Both the position numbers and the translations under genes were made by a program. A stretch of DNA of 37,371 bases from assembly GCA_039591175.1 (NCBI GenBank), contig JBDHED010000002.1, forward strand, positions 1 to 37,371, in the 5' to 3' direction. The stretch is from Gemmatimonadota bacterium. GTDB taxonomy: Bacteria; Gemmatimonadota; Gemmatimonadetes; JACCXV01; JAHWKZ01. Positions 25,595 through 34,550 of this stretch are shown piece by piece. The notes under the pieces were generated by a model, which ran no database searches, had not been told where the DNA came from, and was given only the letters and a program-made list of their open reading frames with translations. Each line of letters starts with the position of its first letter. Within the stretch, counting starts at the first letter, position 1.

Positions 25595-25613
25595 ACCGGA
25601 GGCGACCCAGCGC

Positions 25614-26078
25614 GTGCGGGAGCGGGCATTGCGGCTGCTCGCACGCCGCGAGCACACCGTCAGAGAACTCGGTCAGAAGCTGAGTCGCGGTGGTGGCGTC
25701 GATGTGTCGGTTGTGCGATCGGTCATCGAGGAGTTGGCCCGCAAGGAGTTGGTCTCGGATCTCCGTTATGCATCGGCGTACACGTTGGATACAGTGAGGC
25801 TCAAACCCCGGGCGCGGCGGCAAGTGGTGAGCGAGTTGGTCGATAAGGGTGTTCCGGCGCGAACTGCTGCGCAGGCAGTCGATGAGGTGTTCCTAGATGA
25901 AGACGTTGACGACGGTGATCTCGCACGGCGGGTGGCCGAGCGGTACCTGCCCCGGCTTCACGACAAACCCGACGCAGCACGATGGCGACGGCTGGCCGGG
26001 TACCTCCAACGACGCGGATTTGACAACGTGCTGATCTACGACGTGTGCCGAGAGCTTCTACCGGAGCCGGAGGTCTAG
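25614..26078 (+). CDS. recX: Recombination regulator RecX
   Basis: Three-repeat helical RecX pattern (ALRLLARREHTVRELGQKL.., RYA.., YLQRRGF). GTG 25614 has GGAGG upstream. The upstream part of the track ORF overlaps msrA. Confidence 0.75.
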   Translation: MRERALRLLARREHTVRELGQKLSRGGGVDVSVVRSVIEELARKELVSDLRYASAYTLDTVRLKPRARRQVVSELVDKGVPARTAAQAVDEVFLDEDVDDGDLARRVAERYLPRLHDKPDAARWRRLAGYLQRRGFDNVLIYDVCRELLPEPEV

Positions 26079-26080
26079 CG

Positions 26081-27169
26081 ATGCCCCGCGCGGCGATCAT
26101 GACTGGCCCCGGACAGCCAATCGAGGTTCAAGATCGGCCACCTGCCGATCTTGAACCGGGGTCGGTGCTCCTCGAGACGATCTACTCGGAGGTCTGTGGC
26201 ACCGACGTGCATCTCCATCACGGTCGCTTGGCTGGCGTGCCGTATCCGATCATTCCCGGCCACGTGTCGGTCGGTCGCGTAATCGAAGTCGCGGGCGAGG
26301 TCCTCGATATTGATGGGCACCCGGTTCGCGAGGGCCACGTCGTGACGTTTCACGACGTGCACGAGACGTGTCACGCGTGCTGGTACTGTCAGGTCGCGCG
26401 AGCCCCGAACCGTTGCCCCTCCCGTAAAGTGTACGGAGTTACCTATGGCGCCGACGATGGACTGCTCGGCGGGTGGAGCGAATCGATCTATCTCAAGCCC
26501 GGTGTCAAGGTGATTCCCCTGCCGGAGAGTGTGTCGCCGGAGCGATTGATCGCTGCCGGCTGTGGACTGGCGACGGCGATCCACGCGGTCGACCGCGCCG
26601 AGATTCGCGTTGGTGACGCGGTCGCCGTTCAGGGCAGCGGACCGGTTGGTCTTGGCGCAGCGATTCTGGCGTTGTTGTCGGGCGCCGATCCGGTGATCGT
26701 CGTCGGCGACCCGGCCGAACGTCTGGAGGCTGCCCGCGCGTTTGGAGTCGACGACGTTGTATCGGTGTCCGAGACCTCTCCGACCGAGCGCGTCGAGGTA
26801 ATCCGCGAGTTGACAGGCGGGCGCGGTGCCGACGTGACGATCGAAGCCACGGGTGTGCCATCAGCTGTTCGTGAAGGACTCGGCATGACACGCGATGCGG
26901 GGCGCTACGTACTCGTTGGTCACTATACGGATGCCGGTGAAGTTATGATCAACCCCCACACCGACATCAACCTGAAGCACCTCGAGATCCGCGGTACGTG
27001 GGGCGCCGACTTCAACCACTTCTATCGCATGGTCAAGATCCTCGACCGACACGGGGACCGGTTCAATTGGGAGCGGATGATCACGCGACGTTATCGACTG
27101 GATGAGATGAACGACGCTCTCAGTGATGTCGAGGGTGGACGCGTCGTCAAGGCCGTCGTCGAGCCGTGA
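26081..27169 (+). CDS. Zinc-binding alcohol dehydrogenase (MDR) family oxidoreductase
   Basis: GVCGTD-like EVCGTDVHL, GHVSVG, structural-zinc Cys cluster CxxCxxC (CHACWYC..C) and Rossmann GSGPVG. ATG 26081 has GGAGG upstream. Confidence 0.85.
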   Translation: MPRAAIMTGPGQPIEVQDRPPADLEPGSVLLETIYSEVCGTDVHLHHGRLAGVPYPIIPGHVSVGRVIEVAGEVLDIDGHPVREGHVVTFHDVHETCHACWYCQVARAPNRCPSRKVYGVTYGADDGLLGGWSESIYLKPGVKVIPLPESVSPERLIAAGCGLATAIHAVDRAEIRVGDAVAVQGSGPVGLGAAILALLSGADPVIVVGDPAERLEAARAFGVDDVVSVSETSPTERVEVIRELTGGRGADVTIEATGVPSAVREGLGMTRDAGRYVLVGHYTDAGEVMINPHTDINLKHLEIRGTWGADFNHFYRMVKILDRHGDRFNWERMITRRYRLDEMNDALSDVEGGRVVKAVVEP

Positions 27170-27744
27170 AGCGGCGCTGCGGTTGGGTGGGGTCGGATCT
27201 GATGATTGTCTATCACGACGAAGAGTGGGGCGTTCCACTTCACGATGATCGCCGATTGTTCGAGTTTCTGCTGCTCGATGGTGCACAGGCAGGTTTGTCG
27301 TGGGAGACGATCTTGAAGAAGCGCGAGAACTATCGAAGGGCATTCGATGGTTTTGAGCCCGAAGCGATCGCCCGATACGACGACGAGAAAACGAAGCAGC
27401 TACTCGCCGACCCAGGTATCGTTCGCAATCGTCAGAAGGTCGCGTCGGCAGTCAGGAATGCGTGCGCATTCCTGGAGGTTAAGGCCGAATTCGAGACGTT
27501 TGACGCCTACATCTGGCAGTTTGTCGGTGGCGACACCATCCAGAACGAGTGGCAGGCGATATCCCAGATCCCGGCCAAGACCGCCGAGTCAGAAGCGATG
27601 AGCGTGGACTTGAAGGGCCGGGGTTTTGGATTCGTCGGCCCAACCATTTGCTATGCGTTCATGCAGGCCGCCGGTATGGTCAACGATCACACCGTGGATT
27701 GCTACCGTCACTCCGAGTGTGCAGCCTTGGCTCAACGGGATTAG
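27166..27744 (+). CDS. tag: DNA-3-methyladenine glycosylase I
   Basis: YHDEEWGVP, FEFL.LDGAQAGLSW and TILKKRENYR; C-terminal Zn ligands (H..C). The GTG start overlaps the upstream TGA. Confidence 0.9.
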   Translation: MKRRCGWVGSDLMIVYHDEEWGVPLHDDRRLFEFLLLDGAQAGLSWETILKKRENYRRAFDGFEPEAIARYDDEKTKQLLADPGIVRNRQKVASAVRNACAFLEVKAEFETFDAYIWQFVGGDTIQNEWQAISQIPAKTAESEAMSVDLKGRGFGFVGPTICYAFMQAAGMVNDHTVDCYRHSECAALAQRD

Positions 27745-27751
27745 TTAAGGT

Positions 27752-28354
27752 CTACTCGTCTCGATCCCAGCTCTGCTTGACTTTCACCCGAGAGCTCTCG
27801 TCGATCTCCGCCGCATCGACTTTCTGGTACGTCATCGTGATCGTCTCCATCGGGCGCTCGCCGGTGGCGTCGATACTGTAGCTCGTGATCATGACGTTCT
27901 TGAGCTTGTACTTCATGTACGTCGCCTGGCCACCGGGGCGCTCCGGCGCCTCGAGCTCGACGCTCGGGAAATGCGTCCCGTTGGCACACGCCAACATTAT
28001 TTTCGGAGATGAGGCGTCGTATTCCTTCGTCATAGTCAGATCTTCGACGATGACGTCGCCACGGCGACGCGCAGCGTTTTGTCCGGCGGTTGGTTTGTGC
28101 GCTCCCCAGTCGATCGATAGAACGTCGATCCACTTGTCGTGGTTCTCATCCAAAGATTCGCCATCGATATCCGGGAGCTTGATGTACATATCGACGGCCG
28201 CGGTCGGTGGCGTGGGGACGCGACCCGTAACGACCGGTCGGTCGGGGTCACCCTGGGCTTCGGCGCTGGGGACGAATGCGATCCACAGGGCGAGACCAAA
28301 CCCGACGACGCAAACAAAACGATGGAGCATGCTGGCTGGATGCTGAACGAACAT
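27752..28354 (-). CDS. Hcp (T6SS tube protein, PF05638-like) fold protein with an N-terminal Sec signal peptide
   Basis: The mature region aligns by eye with Hcp1: VDMYIKLPDIDGES.D..H..WIDVLS.DWG, DLTMTKEYDASSPKIMLAC.NG.H and YMKYKLKNVMITSYS. It is preceded by MFVQHPASMLHRFVCVVGFGLALWIAFVPSAEA|QG. RBS GAGGAA. Confidence 0.75.
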   Translation of the reverse strand: MFVQHPASMLHRFVCVVGFGLALWIAFVPSAEAQGDPDRPVVTGRVPTPPTAAVDMYIKLPDIDGESLDENHDKWIDVLSIDWGAHKPTAGQNAARRRGDVIVEDLTMTKEYDASSPKIMLACANGTHFPSVELEAPERPGGQATYMKYKLKNVMITSYSIDATGERPMETITMTYQKVDAAEIDESSRVKVKQSWDRDE

Positions 28355-28538
28355 GGTTTCCTCTCTTGAAGCGTTGCTTTCTTGTTGACCCTGAGTTGAT
28401 GTACTCGCGATACACCGACCACTTGTCTGAGTGCCCTTTGCGGCTTCGAGGAGCCGCCTGTATCTTGGGGCAAGTCCCCATACAGCAACCACATAGCAGG
28501 GCGGGTGATCCCGCCCCTTCGTATTTTCGACGGTACCC

Positions 28539-31142
28539 ATGACCAGTCACGAACTGCGCCAGCGATTCCTCGATTTCTTCGTCGCCAACGGCCACGAGCT
28601 GGTAGCCTCGGCGCCGCTTGTGCCCGAGGACGATCCGACGCTGTTGTTTGTGAACGCGGGCATGGTGCCGTTCAAGGATGTCTTTACCGGCCAGCGCGTG
28701 GTCGATTACGCGCGCGCAGTGTCGTCACAGAAGTGCCTCCGCGTATCGGGCAAGCACAACGACTTCGAAAACGTGGGGTATACGCCCCGCCACCATACGT
28801 TCTTTGAGATGCTCGGCAATTTTTCGTTTGGCAACTACTTCAAGCGCGAGGCGATCGCACTTGCGTGGGAGTTCCTCACCGAAGATCTCAAACTGCCGGC
28901 GGATCGACTTTGGGCCAGCGTCCACGAGAGCGACGATGAGGCGGCTGATCTCTGGCCCGAAGTCACCGGAATCCCCGCGGAGCGGGTCCTTCGGATGGGG
29001 GACAAGGACAACTTCTGGGCAATGGGCGACACGGGCCCGTGTGGGCCTTGTTCGGAGATCTTCTGGGACTTTGGTCCCGAGCACGGTACGGGAACGCCAG
29101 CTGACAACGAGGACCGGTACCTCGAGATCTGGAACCTGGTGTTTATGCAGTTCGAGAGCCGGGCCGATGGCACGCGGATCGATCTGCCGCGGCCGTCCGT
29201 GGACACGGGGATGGGGTTGGAACGGCTCGCGGCCGTCGTTCAAGATGTGTACTCGAACTACGACAGCGATCTGTTCACACCCTTGCTCGCAACGATCGCA
29301 GCAAAGACCGATCAGACGTACGAGCCCGACACCGATGTTGGTGTCTCTTTTCGGGTTCTCGCCGATCACGGCCGAGCGGCGGCGTTCCTGATTGGGGACG
29401 GCGTCTATCCGACCAACGAGGGCCGCGGTTACGTGCTGAGGCGGATCATCCGCCGAGCCGTGCGACACTACTGGATGCTCGACGTTCATCGGCCGGTGCT
29501 CCACGAGGTCATCCCAACGGTTGTTGCGGAGATGGGCGTGTCGTTCCCGGAGCTGTCAACTCACGAACAACAGATCCGCGTGATCCTCGAAGCCGAGGAA
29601 GAGCGTTTTCTCCAAACGATCGATCAGGGGATGGAGATTCTGGACAAGGTTCTGGCGACCACGCCGGCAGGTACCGACGTTCCTGGCGACGACGTCTTTA
29701 CTCTTTATGACACCTACGGTTTTCCACCCGACCTGACCGAACTGATCGCCAGAGAGCGCGGTCATGGTGTCGATGACGAAGGCTATCAGAAGCGTATGAT
29801 GGAGCAGCGCGAGAGGGCTCGCAAAGCGAGCGGTTTTGAAACGGCAGCCGTCGACGCTGTAGGTCGGAAGCTAGAGGCGGACTCGAAATTCGTCGGCTAC
29901 GATCAGCTCAAGGTCGACACGACCATCGAACACGTTGAACCGGACGGTGACCGTCTCCGGTTGGTTCTGCGCGAGAACCCATTCTACGCGACTGGTGGTG
30001 GGCAGGTGGCCGATACCGGCGTGATCGATGGGGAAGGGTTTGGGCTCGCTGTCTTTGACGTCGAGCGGCACGGGGAGGTGTTCGTGCCCGTGGCCGAGGT
30101 TGTCGAGGGTGATACCGGCAAGGTCGTCGTTGGTGCGCCGGTACGCGCGATGGTGGACGAAGCACAGCGTCGTGACACCGAGCGCCATCACACGGTGACG
30201 CACGTGATTCACGCGATCCTACGCGATCGACTCGGGGAGCACGTGCGACAGGCAGGCTCACTGGTCGAGCCCGATCGCATGCGATTTGATTTCTCACACC
30301 CCAAGGCACTCACGCCGCAGGAGATCGACATGATCGAGGACGAGGCCAACGCATGGGTCTTATCCGATCTGCCGGTCGATAAGGAGATCATGCCGTTTGA
30401 CGACGCCAAGTCACGTGGCGCGATCGCACTGTTTGGCGAGAAGTATGGCGAGCGAGTGCGAGTTGTTGCGATCGGTGACGATGAGTCGGTCGAGCTGTGC
30501 GGGGGTTGTCATGTCGCACGAACGGGTGAGATCGGAGCGGTCAAGATCGTGTCCGAGTCGAGCGTCGCCGGTGGCGTCCGGCGTCTCGAGGTGGTGACCG
30601 GTTTTCGTGCACTCAAGGAGTTCAGGCAGGCCGAACGGGTACTTGCCGAAGCTGCCCAACGGCTCAAGGTGTCCCAAAATGAGTTGCCGACCCGGATCGA
30701 TCGGCTGCTTGAAGAGAAGCGCGAGATCGAAAAGCGTTTCGAGGCTGCTCGACGCCAGGCGATGCAGGGTGGGGCGAGCGGACTCGTCCAGCGGTCGACG
30801 ACTGTGAATGACTTCGAGGTGGTGACGCTCCGGGCCGAACCCGTCTCGATGGACGATTTGCGCACGATCGGTGACACCGTTCGTGAACAACTCACCTCGG
30901 GGGTCGGGGTTATTGGCGCCTCGCTGGAGGGCAAGGCCAACCTGCTGACGGTCGTCACCGACGATCTGATCGAAGCCGGCACGCTCGACGCGCCCCGCGT
31001 GATTGGCGAACTGGCGCCGCTGATTGGCGGCCGTGGCGGAGGCAAGAAACACATGGCGCAGGCCGGTGGAAAGGACATCGAGAAGATCGATGCGGTGCTC
31101 GAGCGGGCGCCCGAGATCATCGCTTCGCTGGTTCGCGGTTGA
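28539..31142 (+). CDS. alaS: Alanine--tRNA ligase
   Basis: Full-length class II AlaRS: FVNAGM, RVSGKHNDFENVG, FFEMLGNFSFG, editing-domain HTVTH..CGG.H, and C-terminal DHHA1-like GG(R)GGGK. Confidence 0.97.
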   Translation: MTSHELRQRFLDFFVANGHELVASAPLVPEDDPTLLFVNAGMVPFKDVFTGQRVVDYARAVSSQKCLRVSGKHNDFENVGYTPRHHTFFEMLGNFSFGNYFKREAIALAWEFLTEDLKLPADRLWASVHESDDEAADLWPEVTGIPAERVLRMGDKDNFWAMGDTGPCGPCSEIFWDFGPEHGTGTPADNEDRYLEIWNLVFMQFESRADGTRIDLPRPSVDTGMGLERLAAVVQDVYSNYDSDLFTPLLATIAAKTDQTYEPDTDVGVSFRVLADHGRAAAFLIGDGVYPTNEGRGYVLRRIIRRAVRHYWMLDVHRPVLHEVIPTVVAEMGVSFPELSTHEQQIRVILEAEEERFLQTIDQGMEILDKVLATTPAGTDVPGDDVFTLYDTYGFPPDLTELIARERGHGVDDEGYQKRMMEQRERARKASGFETAAVDAVGRKLEADSKFVGYDQLKVDTTIEHVEPDGDRLRLVLRENPFYATGGGQVADTGVIDGEGFGLAVFDVERHGEVFVPVAEVVEGDTGKVVVGAPVRAMVDEAQRRDTERHHTVTHVIHAILRDRLGEHVRQAGSLVEPDRMRFDFSHPKALTPQEIDMIEDEANAWVLSDLPVDKEIMPFDDAKSRGAIALFGEKYGERVRVVAIGDDESVELCGGCHVARTGEIGAVKIVSESSVAGGVRRLEVVTGFRALKEFRQAERVLAEAAQRLKVSQNELPTRIDRLLEEKREIEKRFEAARRQAMQGGASGLVQRSTTVNDFEVVTLRAEPVSMDDLRTIGDTVREQLTSGVGVIGASLEGKANLLTVVTDDLIEAGTLDAPRVIGELAPLIGGRGGGKKHMAQAGGKDIEKIDAVLERAPEIIASLVRG

Positions 31143-31846
31143 ACCAGGCGCGCCCGCCCGAGGTCGACTCGTTTGCGGTGGCACTCAGCGAGTGGCTGAC
31201 CAGTTTCACGATGCCTGAATCGCTGGCCGGCGAGATGGCCAACGTCTGTTCTGGCGGTGCGCCGTGGCCAGCCGCGATCGGCGGCTCAGCGGTACGACGG
31301 TCCGGGTGGGGGGACGCTGAGTCGCTGGTCTGGGGCATCGCCGTCGGGGGGTTGGCCGGTGGGTTGGAAGGCGCCAGCACCAGCCTCGGGACGGGTGTGG
31401 ATGTGGGGCGGACGCCCGGCACGGCGGTCGACGGCGCGGCCGGCACGCTGCTCGCGGCGGATGGCTTGGTGGCCGCCGCTCACGAGGCGTTGGGGTCGCT
31501 CAGCCCGGATCGGCTCGAGATCGTGATGAGCGCGCTGGACGAGGAGTTTGGTGACGGTGGACCGTGGGGGAGGCTGGGCCAGGTTGGTGGCTTGGCTTGG
31601 CCGGTCATCGTGCCGTTGGCGTTGATGCCAGCTGCCCGCACCGATCCGCAGGGTCCCTGGACTGACTACGCGAACGCTTGGCGTGGTGTCTATGGCTCGC
31701 GAGGCCCGACCGGAGCGACCGGGGATTCGAGCTCCCTGTGGAACCACCCAGCCGCCGATGACGCAACGCGCTCCCTGATGCAGGCGGCGACCGATGAAGC
31801 GCGCACCGTGCAAGCCGAACTCGCGGCGCGGTTGGAGGCGCGCTAG
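31139..31846 (+). CDS. Hypothetical Gly/Ala/Trp-rich protein (uncertain gene)
   Basis: 235-aa ORF. Its TTG start overlaps the alaS TGA, and third codon positions are GC-rich. I recognise no family. Its end overlaps the lptG end by 4 nt. Confidence 0.45.
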   Translation: MNQARPPEVDSFAVALSEWLTSFTMPESLAGEMANVCSGGAPWPAAIGGSAVRRSGWGDAESLVWGIAVGGLAGGLEGASTSLGTGVDVGRTPGTAVDGAAGTLLAADGLVAAAHEALGSLSPDRLEIVMSALDEEFGDGGPWGRLGQVGGLAWPVIVPLALMPAARTDPQGPWTDYANAWRGVYGSRGPTGATGDSSSLWNHPAADDATRSLMQAATDEARTVQAELAARLEAR

Positions 31847-32967
31847 GTCCGAGCCCGCGACAGCAGGATCAGAGCGACCACGAAGAACACGCCGTTTGCA
31901 AGCCACGCCGCCCACACCGGCGCCAAGCCGCCCCCGTAGCCGATTCCCTGCCCAACCCGCAGGAACCCCCAGAATACGATCGTCAGAAAGAGTGCGATGC
32001 CAAAACCCATCGCTCCACCGTGCCGACTCGTGTGGGCGGCAGATCCGACAAGCGCCACACCGAACAGGACGATTATCAGATTCGCAAACGGGTAGGAGAG
32101 CTTCATCTGCAGATCGACCTCTTCTTCGAGCGTATCTGCGCCCAGCCGGCGCCGCTTGTCGATATACGAATCGAGATCGGCGTAGCCCATCTCCTCAGGC
32201 TCTTTGTCTTCCGCCAGGAGCTCCTCGGGTCGATCGACGAACTCCGGCGATCGAAGTAGCGAGAACGTGAACATCCGCTCGTCACCCTCGGCTGGAAACA
32301 GCCGCATCTCTCCGCGCTGGAGCACCCACGTTTCGGTTTGTGGCTCCCACACCATTTGCGGTGCGTTGATGCGAAGGAACGTTCCGTCTTTGAATTGGCG
32401 CTGGATTTCGACCTGATCAGCCGACGCTCCGGTTTGATTCGAGTCGCCCTCTTCGACGAACAGTGCGCGCACGATGTATGTGTAACCCTCCTCGTTCTGA
32501 TAGACGAAATTGCCACGATAGTCGTCGCGCCGGGGGCCCTCGCCGATGATCTCCTCCTCGTAGACATCGTTGACCCTGGCGTTCAAGACCGGAATCCAGG
32601 TCTCACCGAAGACGAGACCAGCGAGACTGACGAGAAATGAGAAGAAAATCACCGGTAGAGTGATCCGATAGAGACTGAGCCCGCTTGATTTCATGGCTGT
32701 CAGTTCACCGTGTCGACCCAGGTCGCCAATCGATAAGATCGTCGCAACCAACATCGCCATTGGAAGGGTCAGTAACAGGTTGTATGGAGTCTGGTAGAAG
32801 TAGTACTTGCCAACCGCGCTCCAGGGGGCTTCCTGATCGAGGTAGAGATCGATGTGATCCATCAAGTGAATCATCACGAAAATTGCCGTGAACGCGAACA
32901 GCGCGAGGCCGAGGATCTTGAGGAACTCGCCCATCACGTGCCGGTCAAGTCGACGTATGAAAATCAT
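31843..32967 (-). CDS. lptG: LPS export ABC transporter permease LptG (YjgP/YjgQ family)
   Basis: IRRLDRHVMGEFLKILG N-terminus, three TM segments, a periplasmic beta-jellyroll, then three TM segments. Its ATG overlaps the lptF stop (ATGA). Confidence 0.85.
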   Translation of the reverse strand: MIFIRRLDRHVMGEFLKILGLALFAFTAIFVMIHLMDHIDLYLDQEAPWSAVGKYYFYQTPYNLLLTLPMAMLVATILSIGDLGRHGELTAMKSSGLSLYRITLPVIFFSFLVSLAGLVFGETWIPVLNARVNDVYEEEIIGEGPRRDDYRGNFVYQNEEGYTYIVRALFVEEGDSNQTGASADQVEIQRQFKDGTFLRINAPQMVWEPQTETWVLQRGEMRLFPAEGDERMFTFSLLRSPEFVDRPEELLAEDKEPEEMGYADLDSYIDKRRRLGADTLEEEVDLQMKLSYPFANLIIVLFGVALVGSAAHTSRHGGAMGFGIALFLTIVFWGFLRVGQGIGYGGGLAPVWAAWLANGVFFVVALILLSRART

Positions 32968-34355
32968 GCCGCCAACTTTCTCCGAGGCCACCACTTAGGC
33001 AGCTTGAACTTGTGCGTGCGTGCGTCGCGGGACGCGCGGCTGAACAGCCAGATCCCGAACGCGAGAAACACGATGTTGGCCAACCACATGGCCAACCACG
33101 GAGGTAAAAGGCGCCGATCAGCCAGATCCTCGCCACCAGTCAGCGCCATGTAGTAGAAGACAAATGCCAACGTGCTCAAACCCATTGCGAAACCGTACCC
33201 TCCGCGTTTGGCGCGCACTCCGATTGGAGCCCCGACCAGAATGAAGATTAAGCAGGCAAAGGGGATGGCGAATTTCTTGTGGTATTCGACTAGGTACTTG
33301 CTGCGCTGCCGCAATGCGTAGTCTACCCCCTGACTCAGTCGCTCTACGGTGTTGGCCCGAAAGCGTTCCTGGTCAATCGGCGCCTGCCTTCTGACGGCGC
33401 CAAACCCGATCGTGTCCTTGGCCGCCAGCACAAGCGTGTCTCCGATCAGAGTGGCGACGTGGGCCGTGACCACTCCTTTCAGTTCCTGGCGGGCCGTGTC
33501 GATTCTCGCTTGTTCAACACGAACGTTCTCGAGCAACGTGCGGAGGTTCATCTCGCGGTCGCTACGCATGCCGGAGTCTTCACGGGCGCGGTCAAGCCGC
33601 GACGATACACCACGCATGACCAATTGTTGGCGCGCGAATTCGAGCACCTCGTACTCGCCGGGTTGAGTAATATCGCGGTGGTGGATTTGGCCATCCCAAA
33701 GTGTCAGGACAGCATCTTCTTGATTGGTTGTGTAATCGAGTCGCCCCGAGTCCGCGAAGATGGTGCGCTGTACGCTCAAGTCCGACATGTCAAAGATCCT
33801 GAGGCCGTACATCATGTTGGTCTCGCGGTTCAGCCGGTCTGGCTCTATCCGGTAATCTCCCAAACCGGTCGGATCGTTGAACCGTTTCTCTTCCAGGACC
33901 ACGGTGGGTTTTGTGCGCTGGATATCTTGCATGAGTCGACTCAAGCGATGGTTGCTCTCTGGCAAAACCGTGTCGTTAAACCAGATTGTGGCAACGGAGA
34001 GCAATAGGGCAGCAATGATTGTCGGCATCACTATCTGGTGGAAGCCGACCCCGTTCGCCCGCATCGCGGTGATCTCGTTGTCGCCGGCCAGCCTTCCAAA
34101 GGCTGCCATCGTGGCGACCAAGACGGCCATCGGGATCGTCACCGCTACCGTGAGCGGAATCGAGAGCAGGAAGATTTCGACGATCACCTTGGCGCCCAAT
34201 CCCTTTCCGGCGAGCGACTGAAATTGCCGGGCCACCTGGTTCATCAGCATGATAAACGTGAAAATGACGAGCCCGAAGACGAACGGGCCAAGGTGTTCGC
34301 GAAGCGTGTACAGGGACAGCGTGCGGGCACTGACCCACTCTTGCCAACGGCTCAT
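32964..34355 (-). CDS. lptF: LPS export ABC transporter permease LptF (YjgP/YjgQ family), long periplasmic domain
   Basis: LSLYTLREHLGPFVFGL N-terminus and YjgP/YjgQ topology. ATG 34355 has GAGGA 8 nt upstream. Confidence 0.85.
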   Translation of the reverse strand: MSRWQEWVSARTLSLYTLREHLGPFVFGLVIFTFIMLMNQVARQFQSLAGKGLGAKVIVEIFLLSIPLTVAVTIPMAVLVATMAAFGRLAGDNEITAMRANGVGFHQIVMPTIIAALLLSVATIWFNDTVLPESNHRLSRLMQDIQRTKPTVVLEEKRFNDPTGLGDYRIEPDRLNRETNMMYGLRIFDMSDLSVQRTIFADSGRLDYTTNQEDAVLTLWDGQIHHRDITQPGEYEVLEFARQQLVMRGVSSRLDRAREDSGMRSDREMNLRTLLENVRVEQARIDTARQELKGVVTAHVATLIGDTLVLAAKDTIGFGAVRRQAPIDQERFRANTVERLSQGVDYALRQRSKYLVEYHKKFAIPFACLIFILVGAPIGVRAKRGGYGFAMGLSTLAFVFYYMALTGGEDLADRRLLPPWLAMWLANIVFLAFGIWLFSRASRDARTHKFKLPKWWPRRKLAA

Positions 34356-34550
34356 GAAGGGGGTCCTCAAGCTGGAGCCGCCAAGTGGCCCGCTAAACGG
34401 CTGGATCTATATTCAAAAGTGTGCACGTCTGCCAACCCACTGTCGCACGAATCTCAGGTGTCGACTCCGCTTCGGCGCTAGAGTCAAGGCCAAAGTAATA
34501 TTGATGTCTTGCCCCGCGCCTGCGGGACCACCGCGATTCGTATACCCTGC

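Noticed and set aside
25197-25613. N-terminal extension of the recX ORF across msrA
   Set aside because: It lies entirely inside msrA in a different frame and is an R/S/T-rich shadow ORF. RecX-like sequence starts near GTG 25614.
28725-31184. Antisense ORFs inside alaS (28725..29504, 30411..31184 and 30509..31120, minus strand)
   Set aside because: They are shadow ORFs opposite alaS with no motifs and no RBS context.
31286-31915. 209-aa minus-strand ORF downstream of alaS
   Set aside because: It overlaps the 3' end of lptG in another frame and has an Arg/Pro/Gly-rich shadow composition. The plus-strand ORF is marginally more gene-like, though also uncertain.
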